Below are positions 1-12,290 of a stretch of 64,000 nt of DNA, in pieces. Position 1 is the first letter of the stretch. Each line of letters opens with the position of its first letter. The translations under genes and the position numbers were made by a program. Source of the stretch: Okamejei kenojei (lineage: Eukaryota). The notes beneath the pieces were generated by a model. The model made no database searches and had not been told where the DNA came from. It worked only from the letters and a program-made list of their open reading frames with translations. Location: NCBI GenBank assembly GCA_035221665.1, contig CM069156.1, forward strand, positions 14,880,001 through 14,944,000. The letters run 5' to 3'.

Positions 1-470
1 ATCTTCGTGCCCATACACTTATGACAACTGAAAGCAAAATTTGCATGTGCTGGAAATCTGAAATGAAAATTGAATATTTTGGAAATACTCAGCAGGTTAG
101 GCAGCATCTATGAAGAGAGTTAATGTTTAGAACCTTTTCTTCAGAACTGGGAATAGACTTTATAAACAAGATTTCTCCATTTATAAGTCCTTGTTGACTC
201 TGCTTAATCATAATAATTTCTCTCAGATGCTTTATTACAATGTTCCTAGCACTGGATTCCAACCAAACACATTGTGCAGGACAATCTCAGCAGGTTTTGG
301 GCGAAGGAATGGATAGACAATGTTTCTGGTTGGGACATTTTCCCTACCACTGACGTCAGAACCCTGTATTCTCCCTCCACTTTATCTGGAACAACAGTGT
401 TCCATTTGCTACCTTAAAATCCTTGACCAGTATTCTAAAATTGGGGGATTTCTTGAAAAGCAAAACTTAT

Positions 471-870
471 GCAGCGGTAGAGTTGCTGCCTTACAACTCT
501 TGCAGCGCCGGAGACCCGGGTTTGATCCCGACAATGGGTGCTGTCTTTACGGAGTTTGTACGTTCTCCCCATGACCGCGTGTTTTTTCTCTGAGATCTTT
601 GGTTTCCTCCCACACTCCAAAGACGTACAGTCTGAAGAAGGGTCTCGACCCGAAGCGTCGCCTATCTCCTTCGCTCCTTAGATGCTGCTGCACCTGCTGA
701 GTTTCTCCAGCCTTTTGTGTACCCCAGGTATGTAGGTTAATTGGTTTGGTGTAGGTGTGAAATTGTCCCTAGTGTCTGTAGGATAGTGTTAATGCGCAGG
801 GATCACTGGTCGGCGCGGACTCGGTGGGTCGAACAGCCTGTTTCCACGTTGTATCTTGAAAAACTAAAAC
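471..870 (+). mobile_element. HE1-like tRNA-derived V-SINE with nested PLE end (631-724)
   Basis: tRNA-like head (gcagcggtagagttgctgcc...gggtttgatcc), V-domain ggagtttgtacgttctcccc...ggtttcctcccacactccaaagac, CR1-like tail. Confidence 0.8.
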
Positions 871-1811
871 TTATGATGCACTATCTGTGAGCCAAATCTT
901 TCAAGACTCTGTCATTTCTCCCTTGGGTCGAGAAATCTGTAGTGTCTTTGTGAGTTGCATTCCCAATTCTTTAATTATTTTAATTCTGAAGACATAAAAT
1001 GTATTTAATATCTCTGACGGTTCAATAATCTTTGTAATAGTTATCCTCTTTCTGTTTGTAAAGGACCCATATTTACCTATCTCTTCCTTTTGACATGTCT
1101 ACACAAATAAACTTTTACTCTCATTCTATTTGCAATGATCTTATCAACATCCTTTGCTGAATTTTAAAATATCCCCAAAGCTTAGACATCATTAATATTC
1201 CATTGTAAGCCTTTACCTTTAATTTAATTCTATCTGTAACTTCATATAACTATAGTTAAACTGTTTTACTCATGTTTTTTTTTTAATCCTTTATGGTATT
1301 GAATATTTGTACCAGGTTACAAATTGTTTATTTAAATGTTTATAATTTCTTCTCTTTGTCAAATATTCTAATGCAATTTGCCTACCTGCATTTGCCAACT
1401 TGCCCAACATATCTACTTAATTTACCTTGTTAAGTCCATTTTCAGATTATTCCCAAGATCAATCTAAAATTTTATCATATTTTCATTTGCATTTCCCCAG
1501 AGGTCCTTCCACCACTATTATCAATTAATCAGATTTCATTGTTCCATACGAGATATAAATGAGACTGGTCCTTTGCTCATTCTCCACATACTTGAGAAAA
1601 AAAACATACTGAAGTATTCTGCCTACTTGTCCTCCACATTATCACTGCAGATCTGAAATGGAACACAAACTTGGATGGTACACCCGTCAAGCAGCTTCTG
1701 TGGGGAGAGGAATATGGATAATATTTTGGGTCACTGATCTTTCATTGGCACATGTCATTTTTATTCAATAAAACTCAATTGAAACTGTGACGAACTTGAG
1801 ATCTCTTGAAA

Positions 1812-2040
1812 TAACATAGAAACATAGAAATTAGGTGCAGGAGTAGGCCATTCGGCCCTTCGAGCCTGCACCGCCATTCAATATGATCATGGCTGATCAT
1901 CCAACTCAGTATCCCGTACCTGTCTTCTCTCCATACCCCCTGATCCCTTTAGCCACAAGGGCCACATCTAACTCCCTCTTAAATATAACCAATGAACTGG
2001 CCTCAACTACCTTCTGTGGCAGAGAGTTCCAGAGATTCAA
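1812..2040 (-). mobile_element. CR1-clade LINE 3' end
   Basis: Encodes NLWNSLPQKVVEASSLVIFKRELDVAL; (tttctatg)n tail; nearly identical to 4440-4680 and 46654-46880. Confidence 0.88.
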
Positions 2041-2619
2041 ACTAACATAGTTTACCATTGTGTGGAAATCAATGCTAATAAGTAATAACCAAGGTTGTAA
2101 AGCCAGGCTTGTTGATCCGGTTTCTAATGTTGAGGAAATGAAATAATATTTTGTAGCACAAAATATAATGAAGAATTGGCATGAATATGAATTGTGTTTG
2201 GACGCCTCGTCCATTTTTTGATGGGGATTCTCCAAAAGCAAGGTTTACCTTAATTAGCCTCCTCTGATTGCTCTGCAAGTGGTGGGAATAACTACGTTCT
2301 TGAACTACTCAATAATACCTTTGATATAATTGCAATGGCTTGTTATTATTATTAAATGGCAACCATATTCATGTCAGTTTGGAGTCATTTAAAACTCGTT
2401 CCAAGCAATGAGAACAGGTTTCCCTTCTAAAGGGTACAATAGCGATTCTATAATGTCATGGTGACTTTGCTGATAATAACTCTTTATTTCTATTATTGAA
2501 TTAAAATACGGCTAAGCTATTATTCCTGGATGTTTGTTATTCAGTCACTGCTAAATAGACTAAGCGCAATACTGCTTTCCACCAATCCAATAATATAGCC
2601 GCTATTCTATTAGTTCAGG

Positions 2620-3135
2620 TCATAGAGTGATACAGTGTGGAAACAGGCCCTTCAGCCCAACTTGCCCACACCGGCCAACAATGTCCCAGCTACGCTAGTC
2701 TCACTTGCCTGCACTTGGTCCATATCCTTCCAAACCTGTCCTATCTAACTGTTTCTTAAACAATGGGATAGTCCCAGCCTCAACCACCTCCTCAAACAGC
2801 TTGTTCCATACACCCATTGTGTGAAAAAGTTACCCCTCGGATTCCTATTAAATCTTTTCCCCTTCACCTTGAACCTATGTCCTTTGGTCCTCGATACCCC
2901 TACTCTGTGCATCTACCCAATCTATTCCTCGTGATTTTGTATACCTCTATAAGATCACTCCTCATCCTCCTGCGCTCCGTGGAATAGAGACCCAGTCTAC
3001 TTAACTTTTCCTATAGCTCACACCCTCTAGTCCTGGCAACATCTTTGTAAATCTTCTCTGAACCCTTTCAAGCTTGACAATATCTTTCCCATAACATGGT
3101 GCCCAGAACTGAACACAATATTCTAAATGCGGTCT
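2620..3135 (-). mobile_element. CR1-clade LINE 3' fragment
   Basis: Reverse strand encodes [11 protein letters not shown]-like and RLRGDLIEVYK-like CR1 ORF2 C-terminal motifs. Confidence 0.8.
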
Positions 3136-3402
3136 TGCTCTGCATGAACACTATATTTCCACTGTGCACAACCTGGCCAACCAGACCATCCCGATCATCA
3201 AACATTTATTTTCACTAACCTCACATTAATCCCATCTTTCTATCAACTACCCCCCACCCCCCCACCACCAGATTCTACCATTCACCATCATCCCTGAGAA
3301 ATTTACAGCAGCCAATTAACCTGCCGGCGTTAATGTGTTTGGGATGTGAGAGGAAGCCTGAGTACTCGGAGGAAGACCATGAGTCACAGGGAGAACATTT
3401 AC

Positions 3403-3700
3403 CTAGTTAAGGGGAGTCAAGAAACAGAGTTTAGGTTTAAGATGAGAGGGGAAATATTTAATAGGAACGTGAGTGGGTAACTTCTTCACACAGAGTGTGG
3501 TGGGTGTATGGAATGAGGTGCTAGAGGGGGGAGGTGAGGCAGGCACTATAAGAACATTTAAAAGACATTTGGACAGGTACATGGAAAGGAAAAGTTTAAA
3601 GGGAAATATGACAAACGACGGCAGATAGGACTAGTGTAGATGGGGCTTAATGGTCGCCATAGGAAAGTTAGGCCGAAGGGGCCTGTGTCCATATTGTATC
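3403..3700 (+). mobile_element. CR1-clade LINE 3' fragment
   Basis: FFTQRVVGVWN-like coding remnant and ggccgaaggg...cctgt 3'UTR. Confidence 0.7.
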
Positions 3701-3767
3701 TCGTCTCTCTTTTTCTTCCTCTCTCTTTCTCTCTCTCTTCTCTTTTTCTCATTCTCTCTCTCTTTCT

Positions 3768-5740
3768 CTAGAAACATAGAAAATAGGTGCAGAAGGAGGC
3801 CATTCGGCCCTTCGAGCCAGCTCTGCCATTCATTGTGATCATGGCTGATCATCCGCTATCAATAACCCGTGCCTGCCTTCTCCACTAGCCCCTAGAGCTC
3901 TATCCAACTCTCTCTTGAATCCATCCAGGAATTTGGCCTCCACTGCCCTCTGGGTGGCAGAGAATTCCATAAATTCACAACTCTCTGGGTAAAAAAGTGT
4001 TTTTCTCACCTCGGTCTTAAATGACCTCCCCTTTATTCTAAGACTGTGGCCCCTGGTTCTGGTCTCACCCAGCATTGGGAACATTGTTCCTGCATCTAGC
4101 TTGTCCAGTCCTTTTATAATTTGATATGTTTCTATAAGATCCCCCCTCATCCTTCTAAAAAGACATTCTTGCCATAGAGGGAGTACAGAGAAGGTTCACC
4201 AGACTGATTCCTGGGATGGCACGTCTTCCATATGAAGAAAGACTGGATAGACTTGGCTTGTACTTGCTGGAATTTAGAAGATTGAGAGGTGATCTCATAG
4301 AGACTTACAAAATTCTTAATGGGGTTGGACAGGCTAGATGCAGGAAGATTGTTCCCGATGTTGGGGAAGTCCAGGACAAGGGTCACAGTTTAAGGATAAG
4401 GGGGAAGTCTTTTAGGACCGAGATGAGAAAATCGTTTTTCACACAGAGTGGTGAATCTGTGGAATTCTCTGCCACAGAAGGTAGTTGAGGCCAGTTCGTT
4501 AGCCATATTTAAGAGGGAGTTGGATGTGGCCCTTGTGGCTGAAGGGATCAGGGGGTATGGAGAGAAGGCAGGTACAGGATACTGAGTTGGATGATCAGCC
4601 ATGATCATATTGAATGGCGGTGCAGGCTTGAAGGGCCGAATGGCCTGCTCCTGCACCTAATTTCTATGTTTCTATGTTTCTGAAACTCCAGTGACTACAA
4701 GCCTAGTCTTTTCAATCTTCCCTCATATGACAGTCCCACCATCCCAGGGATCAATCTCGTGAACCTACGCTGCACTGCCTCAATCACAAGGATGTCCTTC
4801 CTCAAATTAGGAGACCAAAACTGTACACAATACTCCAGATGTGGTTGCACTAGTGCTCTATACATCTGCAGAAGAACCTCTTTACTCCTATACTGAAATC
4901 CTCTTGTTATGAAGGCCAATATTCCATTAGCTTTCTTCACTGCCTGCTGTACCTGCACGCCAACTTTCAGTGACCGGTGTACAAGGACACCCACAAGTAC
5001 AAGGCTTTCTGAAAGTCTAGATACACTACATCCACTGGCACCCCTTCATCCATTTTACTTGTCACATCCTCAAATAATTCCAGAAGATTAGTCAAGCATG
5101 ATTTCCCTTTCATAAATCCACGTTGACTTGGACTAATCCTTTTACTGCTATCCAAATGCCCCATTATTACCTCTTTAATAATTGACTCCAGCATCTTTCC
5201 CACCACCGAAGTCAGGCTCACTGGTCTGCAATACCCTGTTTTCTCTCTTGCTCTTTTCATGAAAAGTGGGATAATATTAGCTATCCTCCAATCCACAGGA
5301 ACTGATCCTGAATCTATTGAACATTGGAAAATGATCACCAATGTGTCCACTATTTCTGGAGCCACCTCCTTGAGGACCCTGGGATGCAGACCATCAGGTC
5401 CAGGGGATTTATCATCCTTCAGTCCCATTAGCCTAACCCAATACTATTTCTCGCCTAATGAAAATTTATTTCAGTTCCTCTACCCCCTTAAATCCTCTGT
5501 CCATCAGTACATCTGGGAGATTGTTTGTGTACTCCTTAGTGAAGACACATCCGAAGTACCTATTCAACTCTTCTGCCATTTCCTTGTTGCCCATAATAAT
5601 TTCACCCGTGTCTGCCTTCAAGGGACCCATATTTGACTTTGCTACTCTTTTTCCCTTAACATATCTAAAGAAGCTTTTACTGTCCTTCTTTATATTCCTG
5701 GCCAGCTTCCCCTCGTACTTCATCTTTTCAGCCCGTATTG
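3768..5740 (-). mobile_element. CR1-clade LINE ORF2 fragment with an internal deletion and a nested opposite-strand CR1 (4160-4680, +)
   Basis: Peptides [51 protein letters not shown]; most of the RT core is missing at a junction near 4995-5000. Confidence 0.92.
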
Positions 5741-5776
5741 CTCTCTCGCTCTCTCGCTCTCTCTCTTTCTCTCTCG

Positions 5777-5808
<32 letters not shown>

Positions 5809-6140
5809 CCTCTTTCTCCCTTCCTCTCTTNNNNNNNNNNNNNNNNNNNNNNNNNNNNNNNNNNNNNNNNNNNNNNNNNNNNNNNNNNNNNNNNNNNNNN
5901 NNNNNNNNNNNNNNNNNNNNNNNNNNNNNNNNNNNNNNNNNNNNNNNNNNNNNNNNNNNNNNNNNNNNNNNNNNNNNNNNNNNNNNNNNNNNNNNNNNNN
6001 NNNNNNNNNNNNNNNNNNNNNNNNNNNNNNNNNNNNNNNNNNNNNNNNCCACCCCCCTCTCTCCCTTCTCCCTCCTTCCTTCCCTCCCTCCCTCCCTCTC
6101 TCTGTCCCTCTCTCCCTCTCTCCTTCCCTCTCTCCCTCAT
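5741..6140. repeat. (CT)n / CCCT microsatellite flanking a 218-N assembly gap (5831-6048)
   Basis: Seen directly. Confidence 0.95.
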
Positions 6141-7422
6141 GCAAACACACTGCACACAGACTGCAAACTCCACACAGACCGCATTGGAGGTTAGAACTGA
6201 ACTTCGTTTATGGGAACAGTGAGTCCGTGACTCTACTATCTAAGCCATTATAACATCCAATGGGTTAATATTTTATCTTTTTGGATCCTCTTTTGTGTTC
6301 TGTGCAAGTGAAGCCATTGACCATCCAGCAATCAATTAAATGGGCTGGCCTAAAATTGAGCAACTCTCTGAACAAGGACCCAGGACTGACTAACTCCATA
6401 TGGTTATGCTGGAGTCAAGGGGGAAATGCTGGCACCAGGCCCCTGATTTGATTGTTTGGCATGCAGAGGCGATGCAAGCTTGTTGGCGACGGAAGATGTC
6501 ACGTGGGGTTTACAGAGGGTGCTGTGCAGCAGACGGGTGAGGCCGAAGAGGCAGACGGCAATCGTGGTGGAGCTCATTTCGCCGCCACTTGGTGGGATTT
6601 CCCCTGTGCATTGCAGACCAAGTGCACAAGCACATCCTCATTATCTCCCTATTACTGACTCCTGCTCTATCGTTCCTCCCATCTGTTCTGCTCCCAGCTG
6701 CAGTCATGCGGCAAGTCCAAATACAGTGCACCAGGCTCACAGGCTGTGTACACAGACCGCAGTCTGAAGATAAACTAACATATTATTCTGCAATTTCTTT
6801 CCTCCGTTTTGGAATGGCTGTACTTCTGATGGATTTAAACATTTCTTGAAATTAAATTACACTCTTTGCCGTTGCTCTGTGATAACGTGTGGTGACTAAA
6901 AAGTTGTGTCTGGTTATTGTGGAGTGCAGGGAAAGGAGAACAAGAATAACATAATAATCACGTTTCAAGGACACGTCACGAGTAGTTATCCAACCAGAGG
7001 AGTGAAAGGAGCAGACAGTATGAGTGTGGATGGAAAAGGTGAAGAGGATTTAATATCAGACGATTGAATGGCGCAGCAGCCATGTTCAATCTATTACCTG
7101 TTAAACCTTTGAGTGAATGTGTTCCTGTCCTCCGCCTCAGATTTCCTTTGTGTGAGCCTGTCTGTTGGGATCTGGCCATTTGTCATTATGAATAATTTGC
7201 ATAGATCAGATTTTAAAAACCTTAAATAATCTGGTTCCTACTGAGGTCTTCTATTGCGAAGAAAACAAACTCCTTTGTTTCCTTAATTCCCTTGTAGTTT
7301 ATTTGTACTTTCTGAGATCATTACAATCCTTGTCAAATAACAATGACCTTCCCAGATTGGGCACCCAGATTGTATACTCCTGCACATAGGTTTGAACCAC
7401 TGCCGAAGAACCAAAGCAGTCT

Positions 7423-7730
7423 TTAGACTTTAGAAATACATTGTGGAAACATGCCTTTCAGCTCACCGAGTACACACCCACCAGAGATCACCGCATTCAC
7501 TAGCACCTACAAACTAGGGATAACTTACAATTTACAGATGCCAATTAACCTGCAAACCTCTATGTCTTTGGAGTGTGCGAGGACCTGTTTCCACACTGTA
7601 TGACTCTGACTCAATGAAACTGGAGCATCTCGGGAAGACCGACAGAGTCACAGGGAGAATGTATAAACTTTGTACAGATTGTCAGGATCGAACCCAGGTG
7701 TTAAGGCAGCAACTCTGCTGCGCCACCCTG
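7423..7730 (-). mobile_element. HE1-like V-SINE
   Basis: Reverse-complement match to the 11987 copy. Confidence 0.7.
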
Positions 7731-8209
7731 CCGCCCCCAACAAGCCTCACAGGACCTGTAACCTGATAGAATTTGTACGAATTTGTTTGACCTTTGGGCG
7801 GGAGTGCCCAACAATGAATGATTTGGGCGGTTTATTGTTGGTTTCCCCAACTGGGTTTGATCTCTTCCTCATTATTGCAAACATTGCCCGCTTCAGTTAT
7901 CTGCACAGATCTTCGTGATGACCTGATGGTTTAACGGTTCGTTTACACACAAAAGCTGGCACGAAAATGCTATAGCACATCGGAGTTGTCAGTTTATTCA
8001 AACATACACCTCGTGAAAAGATTCAAGCGCTTAGGAGCTGCCGATTCACAGCCATTTACTTGTTTGGAAATCTAAAAAAAGTGCACACACTGGAAATCTA
8101 AAATAAAAACAGAAAATTGCGGAAAAGCTCCTCGGGCCTGTCAACATTTTGTGGAGAAACTGTATTTTAAGCCATCACCCCCTCATCAGACTGAGAAGGA
8201 GAAAAACAA

Positions 8210-8557
8210 CACAAAATGCTGGAGTAACTCGGTGAGGTTAGACACTATAAGGTCATAAGGAGTAGAATTAGACCATTCGGCCCATCGTCTACTCCGCCAT
8301 TCAATCATGGCTGATCTGTCTCTCCCTCCTAACCCCATTCTCCTCCTTCTCCCCATAACCTCTGACATCTGTACTAATCATGAATCTATCTATCTCTGCC
8401 TTAAAACTATCCAGCATGTATGGAGAGCATGAATAGGTAACGTTTCGGGTCAGGACCTTTCTTCAGACTGTTTTCCGGAGATGCCGCCTGACTTGCTGAG
8501 TTACTCCAGCACTGTGTCCTTTTGTGTAAACCAGCATCTGCAGTTCTTTTTTTCTAC
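8210..8557. mobile_element. PLE-derived foldback element interrupted by a CR1 3' tail (~8240-8412)
   Basis: Inverted arms, antisense hammerhead-like core ~8439-8466, TSD aaggaga(a/g)aaacaa at 8196-8209 and 8558-8571. Confidence 0.75.
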
Positions 8558-8865
8558 AAGGAGAGAAACAAGTCAGTTGAGTGAACAGAGAAAGTGGGGG
8601 AAGGCAATGGGTGGGGAAAAAGGGGGATTTCTCTGAAAAGGTGAAATAGTAGTCATCAAAGGGTAGTTTACTCCCTTGTATGATGTGTTGCTCAAGTGAG
8701 AAAATCTGTGTCATGTTGCAGGCTAGAAATGAACGAGAATGGAAACTGGATGACATGAAAAAATGGCCAGTCCTGATACAGTCAGAAAGAGTGGGTTTTT
8801 TTTAAAGTTAGAGAATTTAACATTAAGTATTACAGGCTGCAAGTTGCCCAGGCAAAATATGAAGA

Positions 8866-9170
8866 CTTTAGTTTTTAGTTTAGAGATACAGCGTGGAAAC
8901 AGGCCCTTCAGCCCATCACGTCCGTGCAGACCAACGATCTCCACACATTTGCACTATCCTACACACACTAGGGACAATTTACAATTATACCAAGCCAATT
9001 AGCCTGCAAACCTGTACGCCTTTGAAGTGTGGGAGGAAACCAGAGCACTCGGAGAAAACCCACGCAGGCCACGTGGAGAACGTACAGCTCTGTACAGACC
9101 AGCACCCGTAATCAGGATCGAACCCGGGTCTCAGGAGCCGTAAGGCAGCAACTCTATCGCTGCACCACTG
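8866..9170 (-). mobile_element. HE1-like V-SINE
   Basis: Full-length reverse copy with (tttag)n tail. Confidence 0.85.
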
Positions 9171-9620
9171 TTCCTCAAGCTTGTGTTGGGCCTCTTTATA
9201 ACAGTGCCAACGGATAGAGATAGATGTGCCGGAGTGAGAGTAGGGTGGTGCATTAAAGTGGCAAGCAACTGGAAGCTCAAAAACTGCCTTTTTGCCTCTG
9301 AAGAAGGATCCTGACCCAAAGCGCCACATATCCATGCTCTCCAGAGATGCTGCACGACCTGCTGAGTTACTCCAGCACTTTGTGTCTTTCACCTCTTCCT
9401 GACCCAGAGACTCAATAGGTAAGGCAGCAAGTCACTTGCACTTCTTCCAATGGAGTTTATGGCATATGACGTTCACAGTGTGGTGCCTCTACCTTAGAGA
9501 AATCAAATGCAGATTGAGGGATCGTTTTGTGGATCACCTGCATTCAGCCTACGGGGAGACCCTGAGCCGCTCTCATTCACCATCCTGCCTCCACTCTGAC
9601 CTCTCTGTCTGAAGCCTCCT
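9170..9620 (+). mobile_element. Degraded PLE pieces (GIY-YIG-like and end repeat)
   Basis: End repeat with ctgaagaaggatcctgacccaaagc at ~9298-9390; 9420-9620 resembles the GIY-YIG coding segment of 50091-50600. Confidence 0.55.
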
Positions 9621-9824
9621 GATCTGTTGTGGATTGTTACCCATCTCCACTCAATATCCCTTTGCTGAATCACACCATCCTCAGTTTTTCCCAACGATTG
9701 TCTAATGATAACTAATTAATAAGTTTGGGGATTTTCAAATGAAAAATTATCTTTGTCATTTTTCACACGTGATGACTCTTGGGCCTTCAAAGTGGAATAA
9801 ATACCACTGTGTTGAACTGTAATA

Positions 9825-9998
9825 GCAAAAGGCATGAAGTGCTGGAGTAACTCAGCGGATCAGGCAGCATCTCTGGAGAACACAATATCCAAAACATCAC
9901 CTATCCGTGTTCTCCAGGGATTCTGCCTGACCCGCTGAGTTACTCCAGCACTTTGTGTCTTTTTTGTAAATTAGCACCCGCAGTTCCTTGTTTCTACA
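9825..9998. mobile_element. PLE-derived foldback element
   Basis: Inverted arms gctggagtaactcagcgg / ccgctgagttactccagc; flanking repeat tgttgaactgtaata / tgttaaaatgtaata. Confidence 0.75.
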
Positions 9999-10144
9999 TG
10001 TTAAAATGTAATATTGTTCCCAATTCAGTAAGACAATGGTGGCCTGGAAGATAATGCCAGGGAGTGAGTAAGTGATGCTTCTTTACATGAGGACTGTAAT
10101 GCCCAGCTGTGGTCCACTGACCTACCTGGTTTCTGTCTCCACAG

Positions 10145-10227
10145 CTGCTTACCTGGAGAGACACAGCGCTAAGTCTGCACTCAAGCTCCTAGAGAGAGAC
10201 ATGGTCAAAAACGAAGAGGAATCTGAG
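10145..10227 (+). CDS. VPS37D: VPS37D penultimate coding exon (ESCRT-I subunit, Mod(r) domain)
   Basis: Pyrimidine-rich acceptor ttctgtctccacag, 83-bp exon encoding AYLERHSAKSALKLLERDMVKNEEESE, donor GAG|gtgagc. The EEESE ending is typical of VPS37 proteins and joins in phase 0 to 21753. Earlier exons were not found in the window. Confidence 0.8.
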
Positions 10228-11159
10228 GTGAGCTCGTAACAAAACTAAAGCCCTCACGACCCCTTTTCTGATAGACTTGACCCCTACAACACAACCTGCA
10301 ACCATAAAAATCAGAGGGTTTTTTTGCAGTGCCGTATCTTAAATATTCAAACAATCATCTTTGTTTATGCTTTGTCATTTTAATTATAATGATGCTTAAA
10401 AATTTAAAAACCCAAGTATGTGCAGAAAATCTCAAATCTGACCCAACCATAATGTTAGAAAGATGTTGAAAGAGAGGGAACCAAGGTTATTATGTAGGTT
10501 ATTACTATGTAAACAGACCCCCTCAGATAATTGCTGGTTTAAATTACATTCTGTTTATGGTTCAATGATTTCTGTTTATCATGTGTACCAAGGTACAATG
10601 AAATACGTTTTTTGACATTCACCTCAGAAAGACTATCATCATACATAACCATAATACCCTGGTTAGTACAGAATGCACAGGGCAGCCCACGGTCTAAATT
10701 AAAGTGGCACCATTTGGCGCCATTTTACAGTCCCAGCAGCAAATGGCCACAAAGGCTCGTTGCAGCAGTCGACTCCATTCCGGTCGCCCCGCGAACCCTC
10801 GCCCCTCTTCTTACACGGCCCTCTTCAGCCCTTGTTGCCCAGCCGGGCACCTCCTGCAGCGGACCTGGAGGGCGCTGAAGGTAAGACCCCCAACCCCGTA
10901 CTTCCGACAGAGCTCTTTACCCAGCGTTCACTGCCATCTCCCTCCATCCTCCTCTCTGGGCGAGCCAGGCCTGTAGTTGGAATACAGCCCCGACTCACCA
11001 TATTATATCAGGCCAACTGAGTGCGGGCTGTAAAGAGAGCAAATCAAGCACATCGGAGATGAAAGTCCTTGGCCTGGGAATGTTTTTAATTTATTTTCAT
11101 ATTGCTCAACCAAATGGATTAGCATTTTTGAGTCATTTTGATTTTTCTGATACTTCCTC

Positions 11160-11470
11160 TCGTGTCTGAGACAAAAGGTTGTGAGTTCAAGTTCCACCTC
11201 GGGTCTGAGCACATAATCTGCGCTGCTACTTCAGTCTGCCAAGCTGGATAAGGTTTTAAACTGAGGCCCAGCTGCCTTTTCTTTTATACATTAACCTGTT
11301 TTATGGTCATTCACAGCAGGATTATTTTCAGGTATCCTGGCCACTTCAGATCAATAACTAGTGACCTATCTCGTTCCCATCAGAGAAATGCTGCCTTTAC
11401 CCCTGCGACAAGGGACTGCATTTCAAAGCTGTTATTGTTCTTGTGCTTTACTCATGAGGGGTAGAAAGCA
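11160..11470 (+). mobile_element. Ancient DeuSINE-like (SacSINE1/AmnSINE-type) remnant
   Basis: ggttgtgagttcaagttccac...gagcacataatct...ttaaactgaggccc...tcctggcca resembles the recalled Deu-domain consensus; similar pieces near 28960-29190 and 59860-60000. Confidence 0.45.
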
Positions 11471-11986
11471 GGAGGATTATCAGGCCATGGCTGGAAAGTG
11501 AGTTTGGCGATTGCAATGAATCTCCATTTCTCTAAACTTCAACACATTTAATAATTTCTGAATTTAATCGCCCTCTTTGGTGCCTCAAGGGTCACAAGGG
11601 ACTCTCCTCTACCATTGGATCAGATCACGGGTGATCTCTTTGTAATATAAACATATTCCCTTCTACCTGTATAACTTTTCACCTCCTTGTTTTTCAAGAA
11701 CCTGCCTTCAAATGTTCAGTGGAAGTGACTTGTAACAGCTCATGATTCTCCAGAAGAAATAAAAATCTACCTCATCTTAAATGGGTGACCCCTTATTTTG
11801 TGACAGTGATTTGCAGTTCTAGTTACACTCGTGAGGAAGCATTCTCTGTATTGTTCTCCCTGTCAAAACCCCGGACTCTCTTGTATGTTTCAATCGTGTC
11901 AGCCCTCGCTGTTTTAACTCTGCTGGATTGAAGCCTTCGTAGTCTGACCTTTCCTCATTGTCCAGTCAACCTTCCCCCAACTACGC

Positions 11987-12290
11987 TGGCACGGTGGCGC
12001 AGCGGTAGAGTTGCTGCCCTACAGCGCCAGAGACTCGGGTTCGATCCTGCCTATGGGTTGAATGTCTGTGCAGGGTTTGTACGTTCACCCCGTGACCTGC
12101 GTGGGTTTGCTCCGGGAGCTCTGGTTTCCTCCCGCACTCCAAAGACGTACAGGTTTGTAGGCTAATTGGCTTGGTGAATTGTAAATTGTTCCTAGTGGAT
12201 GTAGAATTGTGTTTTTGTGTGGGAATCGCTGGTCGGTCGGATTTGGTGGGCCAAAGAGCCTGTTTCCGTGCAATATCTCTAAACGAAACT
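11987..12290 (+). mobile_element. HE1-like V-SINE
   Basis: ggcacggtggcgcagcggtagagttgctgcc A-box, gggttcgatcc B-box, V-domain, (ctaaa) tail. Confidence 0.88.

Noticed and set aside
5458-6253. Long ORFs (110-254 aa) around the gap
   Set aside because: Artefacts of N runs, CT microsatellite and CR1 remnant.
6400-6780. Moderately GC-rich block with short ORFs, considered as the missing upstream VPS37D exon or a CTCF site
   Set aside because: No VPS37-like peptide in the listed ORFs; the CTCF-like CCACCAAGTGGCG mismatches a core G.
11987-12060. tRNA-like sequence with A and B boxes
   Set aside because: SINE head continuing into the V-domain and LINE-like tail; not a tRNA gene.
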